Part shown: piece by piece, positions 44,864 to 61,275 of the stretch
Numbering within the stretch: the first letter of the stretch is position 1
Layout: each line of letters starts with the position of its first letter
Assembly: GCA_964016885.1 (NCBI GenBank)
Contig: OZ024748.1
Span: 55,428,001 to 55,492,000, forward strand
Length of the DNA stretch: 64,000 nt
Direction of reading: 5' to 3'
Source of the DNA: Eledone cirrhosa
Taxonomy: Eukaryota
Notes under the pieces: model-generated
The model's database searches: none
What the model saw: only the letters and a program-made list of their open reading frames with translations
Told to the model about the DNA's origin: nothing
Position numbers and translations under genes: made by a program

Positions 44864-44865
<2 letters not shown>
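44677..44865 (-). mobile_element. tRNA-derived SINE inserted in (TA)n
   Basis: Reverse complement of the consensus. Confidence 0.9.
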
Positions 44866-44913
<48 letters not shown>

Positions 44914-45856
44914 TACATACACACACACACATTACACATACGGCACAGAAATGTATGAATGCATTCTCGTATATTTGGAATAGCATTCAATTTTTACCTA
45001 TATATTTATTAGCGCTAAAGGTTTAGTTTCGACAAACATAACCCAGCCTTACTTCAACGTCAACTATACATTAAGTGTAACTTTATATCACTAATTGGAC
45101 TTAAAGACAACAGAACTAATATAAAGAAGCTGAACTATAGTAGAACATCTGCTGATAATGGTGATTTTAAAGACGTATAATGTCGTTGAGAAACGAAAGC
45201 AAACAATATGAGAATGCGATGTAAATACAATGAACCTACATGTTCAACGCCAACTATGTTTGTATAAATGATATCTTACGTTTACTATAATTCAACTTTG
45301 TGGAAACCATCAAATTAACTGCTGCCATTAGGACTACACTAATTCTTTCCACTCCTCCGAACTAAATCCCTACCAACACTAACACGATAACCATTAGCAC
45401 CGTTGTAAATACTACTATTAGCGAAGCAGAGGGAATAAAAACAATATGAAAAGCAGCCGAAATAATGGGATAAAAACAAGAGCGAGAAGTCACAATGAAG
45501 TTTGTATGTAGCTGCTGGACTCGTTAAAAATAGAAGTCAAATCCCTTTCAAATCCCACCAAGTATCACATGAATCTGAAAAATATATAATACTACATTTC
45601 CTATGATTGTTGCTTCAATACTATATTATTTACTTGACCTGCAGAGTAAAAGAGCCAAATACCTCTACAATTACGCCAAACGTTCTTAAAGATGTACTAA
45701 TGTAATCCTACATACAACTATGTTTAAAACCATACGATGTGGCAGCGTTGGGGGGAAACACATTTCATGACAATATATTCTAACAAACTTTCATAGGAGT
45801 GAAAAATGACTGGAACCTCCTAATCCATTTTAACAAGAACAACTATATTATTTCAT

Positions 45857-46030
45857 TCGGTAGAAGGGCGGACGCCATGCTTTGCATAATAGAGTTACGT
45901 CCCTTTGTGGTCTGAGTTCAAATCCTGCCCAGGTTAACTTTGCCTTTCATCCTTACGGAGTCGATAAAATAAAGTACCAATAATGCACTGGGATAATTGC
46001 TGGCCTTGTGCCAAAAGTAGAAACAATGAT
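45857..46030 (+). mobile_element. tRNA-derived SINE
   Basis: Consensus match. Confidence 0.9.
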
Positions 46031-46649
46031 TTCATTCTTACTTCAAAAACGTTGAAGACTCGCAGTTCTTTATCAAACGAAAACCCGAACTGGGCGCCTG
46101 ATAGATGGACTGATATTAAGGACCCATAGGTTTATATTGTTCAAGCAAATTATGTCATGGCACTGTTATGTTACCATTCTCTAGTGGCCTTGATTTCGAT
46201 GTCAATATACTTGCTGGTCTATTACAAGTCGGATAATAAAGATATGTTATTTGTTCGAATAACAATTGAAATGGTGTCTGTGATGCACTAGGTACATCCT
46301 AACTGTTCTGAAGGTATCCTTCCAAATATAGATGATTGCTGACTTCTGAAGCTTTATCGGACAACTGCTTTCATGTGTAGAATGGATCAGACTCACTTAT
46401 TCGTAAAAAGACCGTCATTCTCTTGGCTAAGAATGGTGATAAGCTTTCTTCTATCTGGTGGTTATTGTGAAAGAGATTGTGTGGTGATCCGTTTTCGTCA
46501 AACCCCGATCAGCATTTTCAAGTTCCACTTGAAATGGAAGATGAGCATGGTGACGAAAATGTTTCATCACGGTTAACTCCGGATATAATGCCAAAATTAA
46601 AAATAAAATGACACAATAAAAAATTTTGTTTAAATCAATTTTCAAAAGT

Positions 46650-48180
46650 ATATATAATGGAAAATAGTTTCTTTATTTCAGAGATCGTCGTTTATTTGGG
46701 CAAATAATATTATCTGCTACATTGCTTTAAACCCCATAATTCTGCTCATTGATAAAACAAAAAAAGTGCGTTAAATCTGCCTTGGTTCTTCTATTGGGTA
46801 TGTTAATACTTTTAAGTTTTACGTTCTTCAGCTAATGCTGACATTTTCATTTATCCAATTCTATATTTAGTATCTCTAGTATAGATTGACAATATGCAAA
46901 CATGTTTTGACTTTAACTTAGTAGTACATTCTCTAGTCCCATTTTTGACTTAGATTTTAGTATGTTTATACTAATTTCTGTTTCAGATGTATCTGTTACC
47001 TCAATTTAAATTTTGTTGGTTTCTTTGAAGACAGAAAGCAGTTTTTTATAGTCAAGTTTGTAGCTATTTTTATTAGTTGCCATTTATTCATTACTGGTTT
47101 TGTAGCCCTACAACAGATAGATTATAATAATTTTCTTGTGTCAGAAGTCTCTTATCTTTATGTATTCGTGGTATATATAAACTGTTTGTGTCGGAATTTG
47201 GGTGGTTTATTATAAATGCAGGCATTAACTTTTATTATTTTCCTGTCTAGTCTTGCTAATTCAGTTAGTGTCAACTTGAGAATAATATAACCGTAATTTA
47301 TTATTGGATCAGCAACAGCCTTTTACCTTAATTTTTTCTTAATTTAGTTGTTTTAAATAATAACATCGTGCGTCAGCAATATTCCTTCCTAGAATTTTAT
47401 TTCATTTGAGTATGCTATATTATGTCTACTTCATTAATTTCTAAGTATGTTTACATCTATATTTGGTTTGATATTCTTATCTCTGTTGATTTATCTAACA
47501 TAATATTAGATATGTTAGTCATTTTGCTCTCATAACATTTGTCTTTGTGCATATTCCTAAACAGAATTTCATATGCAACTTTTCTCGTAAATTCATGCAG
47601 CCTAAGTGGTAGTGTTTCCAGTTGTTTGTCGATCACTGTGCAACAAGAGGTCATGCATATAATTAACACCTTGTGGTTTAACACCTTGCTTAAAACTTGA
47701 GAGAAAACGAAAAAGTGGCATGATGGTCTCTTTACTTATTCCTCTTCATGTAAAGATGGGGTTTGTTTTTATATTCCTTATTTTGGTTACACTAGCAGAA
47801 ATATTTGCCCTTTATTCCTGACATGGTTGATATACCTCCTTATTTATAATACTTTATTAATGGTTGACGTTTTCAGAAAAACATGTATCAAGAAACACCC
47901 AAAATCTCCAAGGCAATCCATGCAATGCTCAAAATGTTTTATTCTCCTCCTTGCATTCGGTTATGGCGTTGTAAATAAGCAATTCGACTTTACAAAGTCA
48001 TGAAGTTTGTAGGTGATAACGTATTCCCTCATTTATTGTTCTTGTTAAAGACTTGTAAATTGTAGAAAAGCAGGTTATGTGTCTGTTAAGCACGGGATTT
48101 GTTGTTTCTTTATGTATAAAGAAGATACTACTTTTCAGAGCAAATATTCATCTACTTCTTCAAATGCCAATTAGAGGAGG
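46650..48180 (-). mobile_element. Highly degraded R4/Dong-like (RLE-type) non-LTR retrotransposon remnant
   Basis: Minus-strand pieces read RHITCFSTIYKSLT, LSIAWI, TLTELARLDRK and HPNSDTNSLYIPR, in the order expected for R4-clade RT. Many frameshifts. Confidence 0.55.
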
Positions 48181-48207
48181 AAAGTACTACCTTCAGCCAA
48201 GGAAATT

Positions 48208-48510
48208 ATACATGAGGAGGGTGGGAAGAGGTTAAATCAGCGTACCTTAGATGGCCCACATCAAATATGATACTATACACGAGGAAGCTGGCAGGTGTAG
48301 GGGTGACATCAGCGTACCTTAGAGGTCCCACATTAAATATGAGGCTATATCCTATGAAACTGGCAGGTGTGAGAGGTGAAATCAGCATACCTTAGAGGGC
48401 TCACGTTAAATATTATGTTACGCGAGGAAGCTGGCAGGTGTGAGGGGTGAAATCAGCGTACCTTAGAGGGCCCATATTAAATATAATGCTATACGCGAGG
48501 AAGTTGGCAG
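48208..48510. repeat. ~72-bp minisatellite, about 4 units
   Basis: ATCAGCGTACCTTAGA(G/T)GG recurs at 48236, 48308, 48381 and 48452. Confidence 0.92.
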
Positions 48511-48924
48511 ATTTCCTCAGGCATCCGATTAAAAGCCTCGGTATTTGTTCTGGTTCATGGCACTTCGTTTGCATAAAGAAAGTACCATTATAATACAGGG
48601 TCTATTTTCTTTCTCAAATTCTCTCGCTCCTCCCTGCTATCTGAAACATATTGGTTTTACTCAGAACTAGAGAGGGATGGGATCCTCTCGAGACTTATGT
48701 GAAGTTATTTTCACTACGACTACACGAGGAGGTAACGGCTCTTTTGTTACGCTGGCAACAACAGATGAGAAAATATATTTAGTGGGTTAAGTTAGTTCGC
48801 CTTTGTGTGTGGGCTACGCCGAATCACTATGACGTTTCTCCCCAAATTTGTGAATGTATACTTGTTTCTAGTTTGTTCTTAATGTTATTTATATTTATTA
48901 CTTTCATTAATGTTTTGTCATTAT

Positions 48925-49315
48925 TGGATTGGCAGTATCGGTAAAGGGTCGGACGCCATCCTTTGCAGCAAAGATTTACGGCCTTTTATGGTTTTAGTTC
49001 AAATCCCGCCGAGGTTAACTTTGCCTTTCATTCTTACGAGGTCGTAAAATAAAATACCAGTAATACATTGGTTAATTGCTGGCCTTGTACCAAAAGTAGA
49101 AATAATTATTGTTTATCTCATACATTTACTCAAATGGAAATCCCTAATGTTTCATATTTGTTGTTTCCTTATTTTCTTCTTTTCCAAACGTTAAGAAATG
49201 TTATAAATATTATCAAATCCCACCGAGGTTAACTTTGCCTTTCATTCTTACGAAGTCGATAAAATAACGTACCAGTAATGCACTGGGGAATTGCTGGCCT
49301 TGTGCCAAAAGTAGA

Positions 49316-49363
<48 letters not shown>

Positions 49364-49635
49364 TGTTTCTACTTTTGGTACAAGGCCAGCAATTAACCAG
49401 TGCATTACTGGTACTTTATTTTATCGAACCAGTAAGGATGAAAGGCAAAGTTAACGTCGGCGGGATTTGAACTCAAAATGGCAAGGGCCGTAACTCCATG
49501 TGTCAAAGCATGGCGTCCGACACTCTACCGATACTATAATGATTTCTACTATAGGCACAAGGCTAGCAATTTTGAGGGCAGGGTGAGTTGATTAAATCGA
49601 CTCCAGTGCATTAATGGTGATTTATTTTATCAAAC
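48925..49635. mobile_element. SINE cluster: two plus-strand copies, (TAA)n, then two minus-strand copies (tail-to-tail)
   Basis: Consensus matches on both strands around (TAA)n at ~49318-49362. Confidence 0.9.
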
Positions 49636-50082
49636 CCTTGTTGATATTTATGAATGTATGTTAATATGTATGATTGTATGTGTGTTCTTCTGGTTTCATT
49701 ATTTTATCAATTTTTACCAATACAGAGAGAGAGAGTCGATTTCTAACATATACAAAACTCTTTCATTGGAAAGTAGGTATAAATATGTCTACATGCGTGC
49801 GTGTGTGTGCAGATATGGATGCTATTGTATGTGTCGAGCTGTATGCTTTGAGCTATCTGTGCGCGTGCATATGTTTTGTACCTATGTATGTGTATATGTA
49901 GTTATTACATGCAGAAAGTTTGGAATGTTGTACGTATTTTTACACTTCCATTAATGGATTATACTTGTAATTTCCTAACTAGTCGTGTTCTTGCTGGCTC
50001 TGTGAAACCTAGATTTTCGAGATTTGTACTGAGGGATATATGTATGCATGTATGTATGTGCGGGTATGTATGTATATACGTT

Positions 50083-50438
50083 TGGGGACATTGAAATAAT
50101 CAGGATGGATACCCAATCGCGTGGTTAAACCACTGGGAGTGAAGGACCTCTAGCCTTTGTCAGGGCATTCTTCTAGGAGAAGGCAACTCAGGAAACTGGA
50201 ATAACTCGGACATAAAACGTGGGGGTCAGTAGTTACCGATGATATTAATCTTTTCTTCTTCTCGGGTTATAGCTACTGTCTCTCAGAGAGAGGGATTAGC
50301 TCAGTGCACAGTCTTTCCTCACTTTAAAAAAAATCTTCACGCACAGGCATTGCACGATGGCATTAATTAATAATTATTAATAATGTTATATCGTGCAATG
50401 GCCATACTCGATAACGAAAAGGCAGCGATCATCATCAT
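50083..50438 (+). mobile_element. 5'-truncated RTE-derived element, tail type 1
   Basis: Aligns to ~18272-18615 (GGTTAAACCACTG, TAGCCTTTGTCAGGGCATTCTTCTAG, GCACAGGCATTGCACGAT..ATCGTGCAATGG). Confidence 0.85.
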
Positions 50439-51410
50439 GTATGAATGTATGATTGGATATTTGTTTTTCTGCTTTTATTTATGTCTCCTCAGTAGAAAAA
50501 GAAAACAGTTTCTAACCCCGAAACAAGTCTGTTTCATTTGTATTTAAACGATATACATCCTATGCTGAATTTACGAACTTTGTACATCTTGGAGATCATG
50601 CTTGGTTATTCAGGACATATAAGTTTGTTTATGAAAACTGCAAACTAAAAGGTACATCAAAATAAAGGAACTATATGTCTGACTGAAGACCAATGTCTCC
50701 AAAATTGGTAACACATATCCATGAAAAGAATGTAAATTTGTCATATCTTTCGCCTAGCAATATGACTAGGCAATGAGCCATATTCTAGAAGAATATTTAA
50801 CGCTAGCCAAGTTTCCATAATCATAGAAATCATGCAAAAATTCTTGATTATTCCTTCTGAGGAGAATTGGTGTCTGCGTAAAGCTGTAGTGATTATAGAA
50901 ATATGATAATGTGACATCTCTCCTTTGAGACTTACATATACACATGGTGTGAGAGATAAGAAGTAAGAGACCTCCACATTGTCACAAAAAATATAACGAA
51001 TACAACGAATCAAGATTGTATTTGATTATTATGCCAATCAGATAAGAACAAAATAAAACTAACGAAAGACATTTTTTAATATAATATGGAATGAGAAGCA
51101 GTATAATCATTGAATTGGGGAACCAATAACAGATATCTTGATAAGGGTTTTTACTTATGTATATAACCAATACATGTGTTTTTTAAGCGTATTTGATAGT
51201 ACTTGATAGGTTACCATATTGTATGTAGGATAATCCGCCACCTCGTATGCGCTGTGTTCAAATAATACTGTAGTTGACCCTTTCCCTTAGGTTCTATAAT
51301 ATATGTACTAATAATGACATGGATAAAAAACCAATCTCCTATATTTGTCCAGATGGCTTAAACGGTATTTTTCTTAGATAGAAATCTATAATTTCCAAGT
51401 GAAACGATTA

Positions 51411-51606
51411 CGAGGGGTCGGCTCAATAGTTTGCAGGCTGACCAAGATTCTCTCGTGAAATGACCAATGAAGTTTATTTTCAACATACTCCCTGGAAAGA
51501 AACAGTGCAGCAATTAATAATAAGAGTTGAAATTAAAGCATAAAGATTTCACAGCTTTAGCATCACAAATTCATAGTCAGCCTATGGACGTTTCAGCCGA
51601 CCCTCA
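51411..51606. mobile_element. Mariner-type MITE with TA flanks
   Basis: TA-CGAGGGGTCGGCTCAATAGTTTGCAGGCTGA / TCAGCCTATGGACGTTTCAGCCGACCCTCA-TA imperfect TIRs. Confidence 0.78.
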
Positions 51607-52019
51607 TAGGTGTAAGAGTTTTCCAGTACAGACATTTTCATATTAATCGCCATGAGTTAAGCAAGTACTATAAATCATTATATATACGATGCAAACATAT
51701 ATACGAACACTCCTCACGAATACATCTACAAATATGCACACGATTCTTTATACTAATATAATCCTTTAACAACATCCATGTGTTCTTACGTCGTTTACAA
51801 TATATTCGTTGACTCATGCAATTTCCAATAATTATTAAATTTGGTGTTAAAACTACAGTGTATATTTCAATAGATGTTAGCATTATCAGCGTAAAGTTTA
51901 TTAAACGAATCGCAAGGAATGCATAGATCCGTTACGGGTAAACTGCGGCCGTATGCGGCACGTTTGGCTTTCTGAATGATACATATGATATCAACATTGC
52001 CTTGAATATTTCAGTGGTA

Positions 52020-52855
52020 TGGTTTCTGATTAAGGTAAAAGACCCAGGATTTTAGGTAGGGAAAGTCGATTAAATCTATACCAGCATGTTACAGTTGCTT
52101 TGTTTTATCGACATTAAAAGGATGAAAGGCAAACCTAACCCCGGCGAGATTTGAACTGAGAATGTAAAGCGCCGTAACTATATGCCGCAAATCATAGCGT
52201 ACGACGCTCTAACCATCCTGCCAATTCATAACCAATTACAATAGTAAAAATATTTATTATTATTGTTATTATTATTATTACTACAAGGGCGGTGAATTGG
52301 CAGTATCGGTAGAGGGTTGGACGCCATGCTTTCTAGCATAGTTACGTCCCCTTACAGTCTGAGTTCAAATCCCGCCGAGGTTAACTTTGCCTTTCATCCT
52401 TACGGGGTCGATAAAATAAAGTACCAGTAATGTACTTAGTAATTGCTGGCCTTGTGCCTAAAGTAGAAACAATTATTATTATTACTACAGTAATCGTGGA
52501 TTGGGAGTATCTGTAGAGCGTCAGACACAATGCTTTGCAGCATAGAGTTACGGCCCTTTACGTTCCGAGTTGAAATCCCGTCGCGGTTAACTTTGCCTTT
52601 CATCCTTACGAGATCGATAAAAGAAGGTATAAGTAATGTTCTGGGGTCGATTTAATCGACTTTCCCATCCTCCAAAATGATCGACCTTAGAGAGTCGGAC
52701 GCCATGTTCTCCAGCATAGTTATGTCCCTTTACGGTCTGAGTTCAAATCCCGCCGAGGTTCACTTTGCCTTTCATCCTTACGGGGTCGATAAAAATAAAG
52801 TACCAGTAATGTACTGGGTAATTGCTGGCCTTGTGCCAAAAGTAGAAACAAGTAT
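52020..52855. mobile_element. SINE cluster: one minus-strand copy (52020-52230) head-to-head with three plus-strand copies
   Basis: Consensus matches. Confidence 0.88.
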
Positions 52856-52886
52856 TAGTACTACCGTAGTAGTGGTGGTGATGGTG

Positions 52887-52930
<44 letters not shown>

Positions 52931-54177
52931 AGTAGTAGTAGTAGTAGTAGTAGTAGTAACTTAAATTAACTACAAATATAGCTACGTCCTCTAAAATAAT
53001 GCGTATGTAGTTTGCGTTATATCAGGAATGGTATATCCATGTTTTCTCGTTTGAAACCAACGTAATAAACCTTCACAAATACTTTAAGTCTGTTCAACGT
53101 AGCATTAAATGTTTCTGTCAACTCAGCTCTATGACCTTTATTGTTTGTTTTCATTAGGTAATCGTTCATATTATATGTCAAGCCATAGGTCAATATGTGA
53201 TATAGGTACGTTTTGGTCAAGGTTAATGTTACATACTTCAAGAAAATTGCCTAAATATCCATACATACTTTATATATATGCGCGTTCGTACGGTTGCCCT
53301 TCCTGTTCAGTATAACCATATCCATTACGAGCTGCGGATCCGCTAAGGTGAAACAATTGTTCTCGGTATGGTGAACTAACTGTTGTGTAATCACTTCTAT
53401 CTATATATATATATATTTACATTCAAACGAAAGGATGTCATGAATGATATACGATCAAACATATGTCTTGTCTAAGAAAACAGCGAATAGTATAAAATCA
53501 AACCTTAATCATATGGGAAGTTTTAATTTTTTTTATTAAATTTAATAGGATACTCAACGAATTATGTAATCTTACATTCAATACAGATTGTCTCTAGTTT
53601 TAAGTTTTGATGTATTTTAATGCACACTTATGTGTGTATGGATATATTTCATTCACTTTCTATATATAAATATATATATTATTATTATTATGTAATAAAC
53701 AACATAAGGCAATTATTCCATTTACCAGTGGTTTCTTAAAAGCAAAAGGGTTTGCTTTCAATCCTCAGAATGAAAAAATCCTGGTTTGTTTATTGAATTT
53801 GGATTTAAAAAAAACCCATATATAAATATATATATAGAAATTACATGAATCAAAGTTCAGTTTAAATCCTTAATACTAAATATATATATATATTTACGTG
53901 GTTTTGTCTTTGCGTGCAATTGTTCTCCACGGTCCACATATGACGTATTATCTTCGTTTTTTCCGTTCATTGCCAGAGAACGTCTCTATGAACCACCTAA
54001 GAGAATATTAGTCTACGACTTCATTTATACCATAAATATGACGTATTATATTCGTTTTTCCCCATTTTTGCCAGGGAACGTTTCCACGAACCAAAGTATC
54101 GTCTCCCTGTCTTCCTCCGGTTGCAACGTTTTTTAAGGGTGGAAGCAGCGATTCTTTGCTTAAACTTTAATCTGTTA

Positions 54178-54251
<74 letters not shown>

Positions 54252-54252
54252 A

Positions 54253-54448
<196 letters not shown>

Positions 54449-55442
54449 TATATATGCATATATATATATATATATATATAAATATATATGCATATATATA
54501 TATGGATAGACTTGAACATTGATCACCAGGATGGTGGATGACATCGAAATAAAAATAAAAACAACAACAGTAACTAAATCATAACATTAAATATGGATTA
54601 GAAACGGATAAAAGTCCATAGAAACATGGTAGAATTCTATCCAGATGAATCAAAATCTAATTATCCATATATTCGTATCCTAATCAGCACTCGTTTATAA
54701 GTTTTATACAAATACGCATGTCCCTATACATGCGTACAATTGCAGGTCTATGATCATGACGTACATATCTCACTATGTATATATTAATCAGCTTAGTTTC
54801 TTCAGCATTCTTGATCAAACATATACATATACGCATATACACCTCACTAAATATATATCTCTTTACACATCCAATATATATACATAATTAGTTACAGCAG
54901 TGGATATATACAGTTACTTAAGTTTCGTTGTTATAACCTTTTCCCGTATAGATATATATATTTGTGTGTGTGTGTATATATATATATATTCAAATATTAA
55001 TATAAAACCAATGCACACATTCTGATATTCAATTAATCATTTATTAAATACTGAAAATTGTGCACGTGTTCCAATGCTTTATCTAAACGGCCTGTGAAAT
55101 CTGCGTTATCATATAATCCATTATTCCATAATGCTCAATAGTATTTAACGTATTTCTTAAGAGAAAGTGTCATTTTACTTCTCTGTAGACCTTGTGTACA
55201 CACAGGTTCCTCAGACAAGGTGCTTTGTTCCTTGACAAACCCGTGAGCGACTACGAGGAGAAACTCCATAGTAACAAGTATGGGCTAAATAAAGAATATG
55301 TTTATTTCTAAGATGGGATTTCGTAATTATTCTGAAAAGTCGTAAATCTCTCGCTCAAAGTCCCTGTACACACACATACACACAACACACACATATATAA
55401 AAGTATCATTCAGGTTCAGGAGAAAATACCCAATGTACGTGG

Positions 55443-55507
<65 letters not shown>

Positions 55508-55661
55508 TAATATATAAGACCAAAAGTTGGTTAAAAGAGTTCCATGTATTTTAACCATCTTTTGATCTCATATATTATGTATACTCCAGTCCTACAAACT
55601 GTAGAGTGCTCCTTATCTGATATCTGCATTGCTTTATTGTACTACAATAAAACTCACCTCC

Positions 55662-57543
<1,882 letters not shown>

Positions 57544-58002
57544 ATTATACTAGTACACATGATATACGTAAACATACAAACACACACATACGCACATGTA
57601 TGCCTTTACCTAAAGTCCTATGTTTCCCTCTTCTCTTTCATTAAATACACAAACCTACACACATCCACATACACATACACATACACATCCACATGCTTAT
57701 ACACATACTTACACAATTTCATTCCACAGAATCGCAGATATCCTTTCAGCAAAGAGATTTCGCAACGAATACATAGTTGTATAGACAGTTACATACCACC
57801 AATACTCACGAGTAGATTAACCTCAATGTTAACAGATGCTCTCACACTTGCTAACGGAAACTCAATACCTTAGTGAAAATACAGCTCCGACGTCTTCACT
57901 TCATTTTCCTGTCTTTTCCCCTTCTGCACCCTACATTTCCTTTCCCCACCCCTTCCAATACTCTTACTTCATCCGCCATCCTCCAACCATTTGCTTTATA
58001 TT

Positions 58003-58077
<75 letters not shown>

Positions 58078-58365
58078 GTCTTACTCTTTCTTTCTCCCTC
58101 TCTTATCCGCTAGCAATATTTCTATCTATTCCCCATATCTCCTCTGTCTCTCTTCTTCATCCCCCCCCCCTCTTCATCATCGCTATCCCTCTCTCTTTCC
58201 TCCTCCTCCTCCTCATCCTCCCCACTCTCTCTCTCTCTCTCTAAACATTTATCTATCCATCGTCTCTGATTCTGTCCCTCACCAATCTCTGGATGTTTTT
58301 TTTTTCTTTGTTTTTATTTTATTTTCTCTCTACGTGTCTTAATACACTTCTATCTTCATCACGCC

Positions 58366-58466
<101 letters not shown>

Positions 58467-58567
58467 TATGTATATATATATATTCCTAACACTCTTTCTC
58501 TCTTAATCTCTCTTTCTCCTTCTAACTTTTTCTAATCCTCTTCCTTTTCCACACACACACACACACA

Positions 58568-58630
<63 letters not shown>

Positions 58631-58854
58631 ACACATATATATATATATATATATGTGTTTGTGTGTATATATACATACACTTTCATTCTGTAACTATGTC
58701 CGCTTTATCGCTGAAGGCAGAAATGATCTGAAAACAAGAATGGGAGTCGAAGTTTCGTGTTTTCAATTACTGTTACATCTATACGCGTACACAACACCCA
58801 TCCATACATATACACATATCATATGTATATGTATACATATATGCATACACACAT

Positions 58855-58938
<84 letters not shown>

Positions 58939-59489
58939 ATGTGTGTATTACACACGTATCACATATATATACACATCCAAGAGGCGATTGAGATATAATT
59001 TGGCAGTCAACTCACGATCACCCACAACAAAACAGCGTGGGTGAGCTATGAGTAATAGTTTGCCGAAGGATATGTTTACTAGCGCAGAAAGTTTATACGT
59101 ATATGCATATACAATGGTACCCAACTGATTTGTATACCTATATAAAATGGCGCATACTTGTATACATATATACAGACATACAACTGCAACATACATAAAT
59201 GCATATACACACACATCACTCCCTCTCTCTCTCCCTTCCTCTCTCCCCCTCTCTCTCTCCACAACAAATTAGCAAACCAAATTAGCAAACCAAGACGTGC
59301 GTTTCACCGAACGGATTTTCAACCTGTGTATCGATGAGGTGAGAACATACACTTGGAGAAGTAATGAGCTCCGTCAAGCATTTTTTAAAGCCATTGATAG
59401 GACACACATGAGGGACACACAGTCATTCTTTTAGTCTGCACAATTCGGTGAAAAACCGGGGAGAAGTACAGAAGTAAAATAGATATATT

Positions 59490-59706
59490 GGTTTCTTATA
59501 TAGGCACAAGACCAGCAATTTTGGGGGATGGGAAAGTCGAGTAAATCGACCCCATTGCGTGACTGGTACTTTATTTTATCGACCCCGTAAGGATGAAAGG
59601 CAAAGTTAACCTCGGCGGGATTTGAACTCAGATCATAAAGTGCCGTAACTCTATGCTTCAAAGCATGGTGTCCGAGCCTCTACCGATACTGCCAATCCAC
59701 CGCCCT
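59490..59706 (-). mobile_element. tRNA-derived SINE (long-tail form, full length)
   Basis: Reverse complement of the consensus from GGGCGGTGGATTGGCAG to the tail. Confidence 0.92.
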
Positions 59707-59851
59707 CAAAATAGAAGTAAAATAGATATATTAAAGACAAGATAGATGAAATATATGCAACATACCTCTTGTTAGCAGTTTTAGCCTCCATATAGATGCT
59801 TCCTTTAGTTTCACATATATATGGAAGCCTACATGCATATACATACAAATA

Positions 59852-60675
59852 TATATGTTCAGCATGGAACACCCCGATGACCGCGGATCCCTTTCCCTAC
59901 TGGACTTCCAACTCAGGGTAACAGAGGAAGGCAACATCCACACCTGCTTCTATAAAAAAGCCGCCAGCAGGGATCTGTTCGTACATTTCAGATCGGCTCT
60001 CCCAGCCGGCATTAAGTTCGGATACATAAGGAACAAACTACACGTATCCTGAACAAATGCACCGACGCTAGAGACCGAGACACACACACCACACATTTCC
60101 GGGAAGTACTCAAACTGAACGGATACCTGACATCCACCACGAACCATGCCAGAAAGAACAGAGGACACCACACCCGAAGCACTAACACTTGCTTCCTGAA
60201 GCTCCCACACTTCAGTGACGAAACAACAACAGCCATCCACAGAGCTATCAGACGAGAGGGACTAGATATCCAAATAACCCACTCAGGACCTTCTCTACGC
60301 AGACAGCTAACCAAAAGACACTCCACCAGACATGACAGCCGCTGCAGGCTAGCCAACTGCCTCATCAATGACATAGACCTATGCCACCAGGCTTACGTCG
60401 TATACAGTCTAGAGTGCGACAAATGCAGCAATTTCTACGTAGGTAGCACCACCAGACCACTTCACATAAGACTAAAGGAACACCTCAATACTAACGCTTC
60501 CTCATTTAAGAAACACCTAGTGAAATGCAAAAACACCGACAAAACCATAACAGTTAGGATAGAAACTAAGTAAAGAAACCTCGGCAATCTTAGAATTAAG
60601 GAAGCACTAATTATAGACAAAACACCACCACCAATCAATAATAAACTGGAACTCAACACCCAATTTATAACTTGA
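59852..60675 (+). pseudogene. Penelope-like element ORF remnant: RT C-terminus and GIY-YIG endonuclease
   Basis: FSMEHP...L.LLDFQL....IHTCFYKK....LFVHFRS (PLE RT end). From 60361: VVYSLECDKCSNFYVGSTTRPLHIRLKEH...LRIKEALII...PPINNK (GIY-YIG), with a frameshift and an internal stop. Confidence 0.92.
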
Positions 60676-61275
60676 TAGAGCATCTAGCCCCATACTTACA
60701 CCCCCCTCCTCGCACACACGCGCACACACGCACACACACGCACACACGCACACACACACACACACACACGCATATACCTCCACTTATTCTTTCTCACACA
60801 CACACATACACACACAAAGACCAGTTCTAACACGGGAGAGCATCTATCCCCACATTTACGTATAGACATATCTTCTCACACTCACACACACACACACATA
60901 CTTACACCTTCACGTATTCTCCCACACACTTAAGCATACATGTACAAAACTCATTTTAAAGGGAGACTACTCTTTATCCACCTAACCTTAACTCTTTGAC
61001 ATTAGAGATAGAACACATACTCTATACCATTTCCTGTCAGCATGACTTGGCAGGCTATTTAGAACACTGGTTTAACCGCTTTACTTCCCTCCGAAGAAGA
61101 GATATTATCTCGAAAATTAAGGTCATTTAAATAAATTTAAGGTAAAAGACTAATTGTCAACAATATCCTTTGCATTTGCATTTATATTCTATGGCCATAC
61201 TTGCATTGTTTTGGCTTTACAAATACAAACGTTTATACCTAATTACACAATGCTTCAAGGGAACTATAACTTCCT

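Noticed and set aside
46080-46560. Possible further degraded LINE coding fragment
   Set aside because: Only a vague YK.LG-like trace, with no ordered motif series I can defend.
50683-50720. CTGAAGA-CCAAT...ATTGG-TAAAC hammerhead-like string
   Set aside because: TAAA instead of GAAA, and no convincing stems I or III.
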